Assembly (NCBI GenBank): GCA_031416075.1
Contig: JANOSY010000090.1
Location: 1-64,000, forward strand
DNA length: 64,000 nucleotides
Direction: 5' to 3'
Source of the DNA: Candidatus Tenderia sp.
GTDB taxonomy: Bacteria > Pseudomonadota > Gammaproteobacteria > Tenderiales > Tenderiaceae
The notes beneath the pieces were generated by a model. The model did not search any database. It was not told the DNA's origin and worked only from the letters and a program-made list of their open reading frames with translations. Positions 57,942 through 64,000 of the stretch are shown piece by piece. Position numbers and translations under genes: made by a program. Positions within the stretch are counted from its first letter, which is position 1. Each line of letters opens with the position of its first letter.

Positions 57942-58777
57942 TGTCGCTTCAGGTCCGTGGCAATCTGCGGAAAATGGTGACACGTCTGGGGCCGCCGGTA
58001 GAGTACCTGTTACGCCTGGGCGAGCAGGAAGTGGAGTTGAATGAGTACATCGGCCGTGAAATATCCCTCAATTATTGTGGTGAAATCCACTGTGTACATT
58101 GTGGCCGCAAGAGCAGTAAAAGCTTTGGACAGGGGTATTGTTACCCCTGTTTTCGTGACCTGCCGGAGTGTGATAGCTGTATCGTCAAACCGGAGACCTG
58201 CCACTACGACGCCGGTACCTGCCGTGACCCGGCGTGGGGGCTGAAAAACTGTTTTCAGGATCACTATGTCTATCTCGCCAACTCATCGGGCATCAAAGTA
58301 GGCATTACCCGTGGCAGTCAGATTCCCACCCGCTGGATGGACCAGGGGGCGACCCAGGCATTGCCGATTGCACGAGTCAAAAATCGCCTGCAATCTGGCT
58401 TGGTGGAGGTGGCACTCAAGCAGCATGTGGCTGACCGTACCGACTGGCGCAAGATGTTGAAGGGGGCCTCTGAGCAGGTGACCCTGGCGCAGGTGCGTGA
58501 TGAGCTGCTGGCCCAATGCGCGTCGGAGATTGAGGGGCTGCAGCGACGCTTTGGGGCCGATGCGATTGTCCTGCTGGGTGATGCAGTGGAGCAGCCGATC
58601 GAATATCCGGTGGTTGATTATCCTGCCAAGATCACCTCTCTCAGCTTCGATAAAACTGAACGGGTGGTGGGGCGTCTGGAGGGAATTAAGGGGCAATATC
58701 TGATGTTGGATACCGGTGTTATTAATATCCGTAAATTTGGTGGGTATATGGTTGAGTTTACAGAGGTGGTGTCATGA
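57941..58777 (+). CDS. DUF2797-family Cys-rich protein
   Basis: C..CGR...SFGQGYCYPC, YLANSSGIKVGITR, RWMDQGA, GIKGQYL. Confidence 0.85.
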   Translation: MSLQVRGNLRKMVTRLGPPVEYLLRLGEQEVELNEYIGREISLNYCGEIHCVHCGRKSSKSFGQGYCYPCFRDLPECDSCIVKPETCHYDAGTCRDPAWGLKNCFQDHYVYLANSSGIKVGITRGSQIPTRWMDQGATQALPIARVKNRLQSGLVEVALKQHVADRTDWRKMLKGASEQVTLAQVRDELLAQCASEIEGLQRRFGADAIVLLGDAVEQPIEYPVVDYPAKITSLSFDKTERVVGRLEGIKGQYLMLDTGVINIRKFGGYMVEFTEVVS

Positions 58778-59430
58778 AGAGCGGCTTTTGGCTGGACCGT
58801 TGGCAGAAGGGTGAAATAGGCTTTCACCAGGGGCAGTTCAACGACTATTTAACACAATATTGGCAACGATTGGCACTGACCGGTGATGAGTCCGTGTTTG
58901 TACCACTGTGTGGCAAAAGTCTTGATCTGCTCTGGTTGCGTCAGCAGGGACACAATGTGATTGGCATTGAGTTGAGTGATCAGGCAGTGTTGTCCTTCTG
59001 GGAGGAGAATGGTTTGGAGTGCAGCTGTCAGCCAGCAGGTGGATTTATCAATTTCCAGGGGGATGGCATCGGCCTGCTGGTCGGCGACTACTTTGAGTTG
59101 ACACAGGCCCGCCTGAATGGAGTGACGGCGGTATTTGATCGTGCCGCCCTGATTGCGTTACCCCCTGAAATGCGGGCGGCTTATGTAGCGAAGATGGGAG
59201 AGCTGCTGCCGAGTGGTTCGCAAATTTTACTGGTGACCATGGAGTATCCGCAGCAGGAGATGTCTGGCCCCCCTTTCAATGTTTCAGGAGCGGAGGTTGA
59301 GGCGCTGTACGGTCCCTGTTTTGAGATAGAGCAGTTGGCCTCGGTTGCCGTTCTGGAGCATAACGAACATTTCCGCAAACGTGGTTTAACGGCATTGACG
59401 GAGCGTGTCTGGCAGCTGCGGCGGCGTTAA
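58774..59430 (+). CDS. tpm: Thiopurine S-methyltransferase
   Basis: FW..RW....IGFH, VFVPLCGKSLD, DRAALIALP, GPPF. Confidence 0.93.
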   Translation: MKSGFWLDRWQKGEIGFHQGQFNDYLTQYWQRLALTGDESVFVPLCGKSLDLLWLRQQGHNVIGIELSDQAVLSFWEENGLECSCQPAGGFINFQGDGIGLLVGDYFELTQARLNGVTAVFDRAALIALPPEMRAAYVAKMGELLPSGSQILLVTMEYPQQEMSGPPFNVSGAEVEALYGPCFEIEQLASVAVLEHNEHFRKRGLTALTERVWQLRRR

Positions 59431-59704
59431 TTGCGACGGGCAACTATCAATGACTTACCTTTTTTGTTGAATCTTTTTGAAGTTTATGGCCCCTCTGAAA
59501 GCCGCATTTTTATTGGGTGTATTTTTATAACGTATTGATTTTTATATAAAATAGACCGAATAATGATCTGTGTTAGACTGCCGTTACGGTCAATGAGGCA
59601 TCTGCCCGTGTATTGATTGGCCTCTTTGTGAATGTTAAGAGGCCGGTTTTTCAAACGCGTTAGCCAGGGTGGGCAAACAGCTGATTACTGTAAGAGGTGC
59701 CGGT

Positions 59705-60520
59705 ATGGCTACAACAGATAACAATCATCGACCCCCGGTGGGGTATTTAAAATCACTCTTTCTCGCAGCGGTGGTGGTTGTATCCAGCGTGACAGTGATC
59801 GCCTTTAGCCAGTCAGGCATGGCGTTGAGCAACAAAGGATCAGGTGTGAATGGCGACGATCCAGCGGCCTGTGACGTGGCGGTCGACGATGCTAACGTCC
59901 CCGGCCACTATAACCGGACCTACTTCACAACTACGGCCGCAGAGTTTACCCGCGACAATCCTCTGTTCTGGAACCCGTTGAGCAAAGCCTGGTTAACATC
60001 AGAGCAGATGTCACTGTTAAAACTGGCCTATGAGGTCGGTTTTGAAGATGGTGGCCATGAACATGCCGAGCTGGTGCAGGCGATTTTGATGCAGGAGACC
60101 ATTGCCGGTCTGTTGGGGCGGATGGGCCACATGACGGCCCCCGTGGGCAAACGTCCTTACGGTGTTATGCAGGTTAAGGTGACGGCATCCCGCGATGTGT
60201 TGAATGAGTACAGTGAGTTTGGCCAGTTTCGTGCCGATGAAGAGCTGATTGTTAAACTGCTCTCTGATGATGAGTTTAATATCCGGATCGCTTCAAAATT
60301 CCTGTTGCAGTTGAGCAATCGTGTTGGACTGACGGAGCGGGCCTTGGTGGCGTATAACATTGGATTGCGCTCCTCCTATCGGATTGATGCGCCACAATCA
60401 TTTAAATATGTTGTGCATACCAAGAGCCGTCTGGAAGATGTGGTCAGACCGTTTAACCATCGTTTTGGTGGGGAAACCCTGCGTTTGGCCACGGCTACTC
60501 AGGATGTGTCTGGCTCATAA
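59705..60520 (+). CDS. Membrane-anchored SLT/lysozyme-like transglycosylase candidate
   Basis: N-terminal TM; ILMQET (catalytic Glu position), YGVMQV, NI...L, AYNIG motifs. Confidence 0.6.
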   Translation: MATTDNNHRPPVGYLKSLFLAAVVVVSSVTVIAFSQSGMALSNKGSGVNGDDPAACDVAVDDANVPGHYNRTYFTTTAAEFTRDNPLFWNPLSKAWLTSEQMSLLKLAYEVGFEDGGHEHAELVQAILMQETIAGLLGRMGHMTAPVGKRPYGVMQVKVTASRDVLNEYSEFGQFRADEELIVKLLSDDEFNIRIASKFLLQLSNRVGLTERALVAYNIGLRSSYRIDAPQSFKYVVHTKSRLEDVVRPFNHRFGGETLRLATATQDVSGS

Positions 60521-61130
60521 TCCGTGCTGCCTCTTTGTGTGTGATGTTTTTCCACGGCAGTGGGATTAGCCCTGGCACATGCTGCATGTACTCCCGGTAA
60601 CGGTTGCCATGTTCGTCGATCAGACGTCGTTCCTCCAGGCGCGAGCCAACCACAAAATAACCGCTGATTAAAAGGGTAGTGAGCAGCTGTGCCAGATCCA
60701 TGTCGCGACTCCATAGCAGTATCAGGGCGCAGCTATACCAAGGGTGTCGGACATAGCGGTGTGGTGGCGAGATCACTAGCGCTGTCAGTGGGGCTGATGT
60801 TTGCGACCCTCGACAGGCGTGCCAGCCGCTGAACTCACCCAGATCGTAATAACGTAGCGTCCAGAGAAAACAGGCGAAGGCCGCCAAACTCATCAATCCT
60901 GCCAACCAACCCCATGGTCCGGGCCAGTGGATCACGGGTGTTCCTGTATATAGAGTGTGTAGCCAGATTTGGGGTAGCAGCGTGATGATGGCAATCAGGT
61001 TGTAGGTCAAGCGGTAGCAGTTTGATTGGGCAAACCGGCTCTTCACCATGGGGCTGGCAAGCAGTGAATGGAGCAGAAAATAGCCTAGCCAGCCGCCGCT
61101 GATCAACATCAAAACAGTGCTATTGTTCAT
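60495..61130 (-). CDS. NnrU / isoprenylcysteine carboxyl methyltransferase-family membrane protein (MddA-like)
   Basis: HSLLAS, YRL.YN, YVRHPWY, EERRL...G..Y.EY...VP.LIP. Confidence 0.75.
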   Translation of the reverse strand: MNNSTVLMLISGGWLGYFLLHSLLASPMVKSRFAQSNCYRLTYNLIAIITLLPQIWLHTLYTGTPVIHWPGPWGWLAGLMSLAAFACFLWTLRYYDLGEFSGWHACRGSQTSAPLTALVISPPHRYVRHPWYSCALILLWSRDMDLAQLLTTLLISGYFVVGSRLEERRLIDEHGNRYREYMQHVPGLIPLPWKNITHKEAARIMSQTHPE

Positions 61131-61156
61131 CTCACCCCTTATTGCAAAGATAGATT

Positions 61157-61867
61157 ATGAAATATTCTACCCCACTCCAGCGTGTCACCTTGATCAAACG
61201 CTATAAGCGCTTTCTGGGGGACGTTCTGCTGGAGGATGGCCGTGAGATGACCGTACATACCCCCAATACTGGCAGCATGTTGGGGTGTGCCGAGCCAGGA
61301 AGCCATGTCTGGATTCGTGACTCCGGCAGCGAGACCCGAAAATATCGCCACAGCTGGGAGCTGAGCGAACTGGCTTCGGGCACGTTGATTGGGGTGAATA
61401 CAGGGTTGGCCAACGCACTGGTGGTGGAGGCGATTCGCAATGGCGTAGTGCCCGAACTCAGTGGTTATGGTGGGCTGCGGACTGAAGTTGCCTATGGCCA
61501 GGAGCGTAGCCGTATCGATATTCTGCTGGAGAGCAGTGGTCAACCGCCCTGTTACGTTGAGGTGAAAAATGTGACGGCACGCCGTGGCGATCAGGCGATT
61601 TTCCCTGATGCAGTGACTGCACGGGGGACTAAACACCTGCGTGAACTGATGCAGGTGGTGGCGGATGGCGGGCGTGGGGTGATCTTTTTCTGTGTGCAGC
61701 GGGAGGATGTCGAGGCCTTTCGTCCGGCCTATGAGATTGATCCTCTCTACGCTGAGACCTTAAAGCAGGCCATCGCCGCTGGAGTGGAGGTGATGGCGTG
61801 GCGTGCCAACCTCACCCCTGAGGCGGTGGTGTTGCAGCAGCCGTTGCCGGTTCTGTTGGAGTGGTAG
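61157..61867 (+). CDS. sfsA: Sugar fermentation stimulation protein A (nuclease-like)
   Basis: RYKRFL.DV, HTPNTGSM, SRID.LL, VEVKNVT, FPDAVT.RG.KHL.EL. Confidence 0.95.
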   Translation: MKYSTPLQRVTLIKRYKRFLGDVLLEDGREMTVHTPNTGSMLGCAEPGSHVWIRDSGSETRKYRHSWELSELASGTLIGVNTGLANALVVEAIRNGVVPELSGYGGLRTEVAYGQERSRIDILLESSGQPPCYVEVKNVTARRGDQAIFPDAVTARGTKHLRELMQVVADGGRGVIFFCVQREDVEAFRPAYEIDPLYAETLKQAIAAGVEVMAWRANLTPEAVVLQQPLPVLLEW

Positions 61868-62540
61868 GTGGTTTTTTCTGTGTGCTCTTGGAAAAGCTGA
61901 TTTTTTCCGGAGCAATGGCGCCGCCGGAGATGATAAAGGTCATCGCCTCTTCCATGGTCCAGTCTGTGGATATCAGTTTTTCCACCGGTACAATCTCCAG
62001 ATAGCCCGAGGTTGGGTTGGGCGTGGTGGGTACGTAGACCGCCGCCAGCTCCTGGCCATTATGCTCATCAATCATGACCCGGGTGACAAATCCTACCGTT
62101 TTCATATGGGGCGAAGGAAACTCAATCAGTACCACGCGGTGTAGCTTATCCGGCTTTTGCTGCAGGACAGTCAGTAGTTTTTTGGTGGAGCCGTAGATAG
62201 TCTGCAACAGGGGGATCTTGTTAACCAGGATGTCGAGCCAGGAGAGCATTTTGACGCCAATCACACGGGTAGCAAACCACCCCAACAGATAGAGTGCTGC
62301 TATGGTAATGACAACCGCCAAGGCATGTTGAACCCAAGGGTGCAGCAGCCACTGGCTGAAATTCAGGCCGGGCAGATAGCGTTCTATGCCATCAAACAGT
62401 GCTTGAACCCAGGGTAAACCGGCCTTGGAGAGTTGGCGAAATATAAAATCAAAGACCAGCCATGTGATCCAGATTGGTATAGCGGTGATGACACCCGCGA
62501 TCAGGTAGCGCTGTATATGGGGAAATTGAATCTTTTTCAA
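61812..62540 (-). CDS. DUF502-family membrane protein
   Basis: IP....IY...K.L, VLIEFP, VYVPTTPNPTSGYL, FIISGG. Confidence 0.9.
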   Translation of the reverse strand: MKKIQFPHIQRYLIAGVITAIPIWITWLVFDFIFRQLSKAGLPWVQALFDGIERYLPGLNFSQWLLHPWVQHALAVVITIAALYLLGWFATRVIGVKMLSWLDILVNKIPLLQTIYGSTKKLLTVLQQKPDKLHRVVLIEFPSPHMKTVGFVTRVMIDEHNGQELAAVYVPTTPNPTSGYLEIVPVEKLISTDWTMEEAMTFIISGGAIAPEKISFSKSTQKKPPTTPTEPATAAATPPPQG

Positions 62541-62881
62541 TTGGGTAAAAACCTATCTACTGTATGTGACAAAATCAAGGTAGAGACAGTTGGATCATCT
62601 CTTGGCAGGATAGTGGCTAGGATACCCGTTTTGGGCGTGGAAATATATTGCTCCTGCGCCGTGCAGGCAGGTTGATGGCATTACCCTCCCATTTCCACTG
62701 CTTGTATAGTGGGTGTGGCTGTACCGTATGAGTAGAGGTGGATTATACCCGTCCCGTTTCACCTAATGCCGATGTTGGTCATGGGAGGTGGGGCGTTGGC
62801 ACTGTCTGCCTAAGTGGCGTATCTAAATGGTGTTTCGGGTATACTGCAACCACGTTTCACGCTCGGTAGAGCTAACTTTTC

Positions 62882-64000
62882 ATGAATCTGTTTTTTGCGG
62901 TACTTACCCCTTTTTTAGGTGCTGTGCTGGTGGCGTGGGCCTCCCGCTTTGGGCGTTCTCATGCCGCTTGGGCGGCAGGCGGCGTGGCGTTGACAGCGTT
63001 GGCCTGGTTGTCGCCGCTGCTGTCACAGCCGTTTGCTGGCACAACAGTGGTGCAGCGCCTTGAGTGGATGCCATCGGTGGGTCTTGATCTGGTCTTCCGC
63101 CTGGATGGGCTGGGGCTGCTGTTTGCCGGGCTAATCCTGGGTATCGGCCTTCTGGTGATCCTCTATGCCCGTTACTACCTCTCGGAACGTGACAGCATGG
63201 GGCGTCTTTACGCCTATATGCTGCTCTTTATGGGCTCCATGCTGGGGGTGGTGCTCTCTGAAAACCTGATCCAGCTGCTGATTTTCTGGGAGCTGACCAG
63301 TCTCTCCTCATTTCTGTTAATTGCCTATTGGCGCGAGCGCGAGATGGCGCGCATGGGCGCACGTATGGCGCTGGCAATCACCGGTGCTGGTGGCTTGGCG
63401 CTGTTGGGGGGGATCCTGCTGCTGGGCGAGATCACGGGCAGTTATGAACTGTCGGTGATCCTGGCGTCGGGAGACCTTATTCGTGGCCATTCACTCTATC
63501 TGCCCACACTAATATTGGTATTGCTGGGGGCGTTTACCAAGTCGGCCCAGTTCCCCTTCCATTTCTGGTTGCCTCATGCCATGGCGGCCCCCACTCCGGT
63601 GTCGGCCTATCTGCATTCGGCGACGATGGTGAAGGCGGGGGTATTTCTGCTGGCGCGCCTTTTTCCGGCGCTGTCGGGCACGTCGGAGTGGTCATGGCTG
63701 GTGGGTGGGGCGGGGCTGTGTACGCTGTTGCTGGGGGCGGTAGTTGCGCTGTTCAAACATGACTTGAAGGGGCTGCTGGCCTATTCCACTATCAGCCACT
63801 TGGGGTTGATTACACTGCTGTTTGGTATTGCCACCCCGATGGCCGTGGTGGCTGGGGTATTCCACATTATCAATCACGCCATCTTTAAGGCATCACTGTT
63901 TATGGCAGCGGGCATTATCGACCATGAGACCGGTACCCGCGATATGCGCCGTATGCAGGGGCTTTGGCAGTGTATGCCGTTTACTGCGACGTTGGCCATG
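62882..64000 (+). CDS. mrpA: Multisubunit monovalent cation/H+ antiporter subunit A (MrpA/PhaA), runs off window end
   Basis: Read directly from the sequence (not in ORF track): MNLFFAVLTPFLGA...RLDGLGLLFA...FWELTSLSSFLLI...GAFTKSAQFPFHFWLPHAMAAPTPVSAYLHSATMVKAG...NHAIFKASLFM. Confidence 0.92.
   Translation, partial: MNLFFAVLTPFLGAVLVAWASRFGRSHAAWAAGGVALTALAWLSPLLSQPFAGTTVVQRLEWMPSVGLDLVFRLDGLGLLFAGLILGIGLLVILYARYYLSERDSMGRLYAYMLLFMGSMLGVVLSENLIQLLIFWELTSLSSFLLIAYWREREMARMGARMALAITGAGGLALLGGILLLGEITGSYELSVILASGDLIRGHSLYLPTLILVLLGAFTKSAQFPFHFWLPHAMAAPTPVSAYLHSATMVKAGVFLLARLFPALSGTSEWSWLVGGAGLCTLLLGAVVALFKHDLKGLLAYSTISHLGLITLLFGIATPMAVVAGVFHIINHAIFKASLFMAAGIIDHETGTRDMRRMQGLWQCMPFTATLAM

Noticed and set aside
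59660-59700. c-di-GMP-I (GEMM) or lysine riboswitch suggested by GGGCAAAC and AGAGGTGC
   Set aside because: The remaining conserved elements (GNRA loop/receptor and second stem; lysine aptamer core downstream of AGAGGUGC) are absent; kept only as an unclassified structured leader.
1-64000. tRNA, rRNA or prophage genes
   Set aside because: None recognised by eye; a tRNAscan/Rfam run would be needed to exclude small RNAs in the intergenic gaps (e.g. 62541-62881).

Overview
Gammaproteobacterial chromosomal window with four parts. (1) 1-14.6 kb is an accessory island: the right end of an IS21-family element abutting a broken paralogue of a giant adhesin, two toxin/immunity-like pairs (DUF6795-like lipoprotein + class 3 lipase; Tse2-like + Tsi2-like), a repeat lipoprotein, and an intact 3009-aa filamentous-haemagglutinin-like exoprotein with RTX-like repeats. 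(2) 14.6-41 kb is a polar-type flagellar/chemotaxis cluster (fliK-L-M-N-O-P-Q-R, flhB-A-F-G, fliA, cheY-Z-A-B, motC-D, parA-like, cheW x2, DUF2802, FlhB-like, FliK-like), interrupted near its end by an RCC1-repeat lipoprotein gene and a merR-merT-merP-GDCCVxC module without merA. (3) 41.9-47.3 kb is the best candidate for an undescribed system: an operon preceded by NtrC-like sites, a sigma54 promoter and an ANTAR (NasT/NasR-type) dual-hexaloop antiterminator. It encodes a NirB-like NAD(P)H flavoprotein/[2Fe-2S] protein with an in-frame di-heme-b-type membrane domain (split by one TAG), an 11-heme cytochrome c and a mono-heme DUF3365 lipoprotein, followed by an IS4 remnant. (4) 47.3-64 kb holds mostly housekeeping genes (TatT-TRAP transporter, FKBP, mtnD/mtnC, thioredoxin-like, MltB-like, pepN, tpm, sfsA, start of mrpA/phaA) and a candidate structured RNA leader at 59.6-59.7 kb. 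All calls come from motif recognition by eye; no database searches or folding programs were run.
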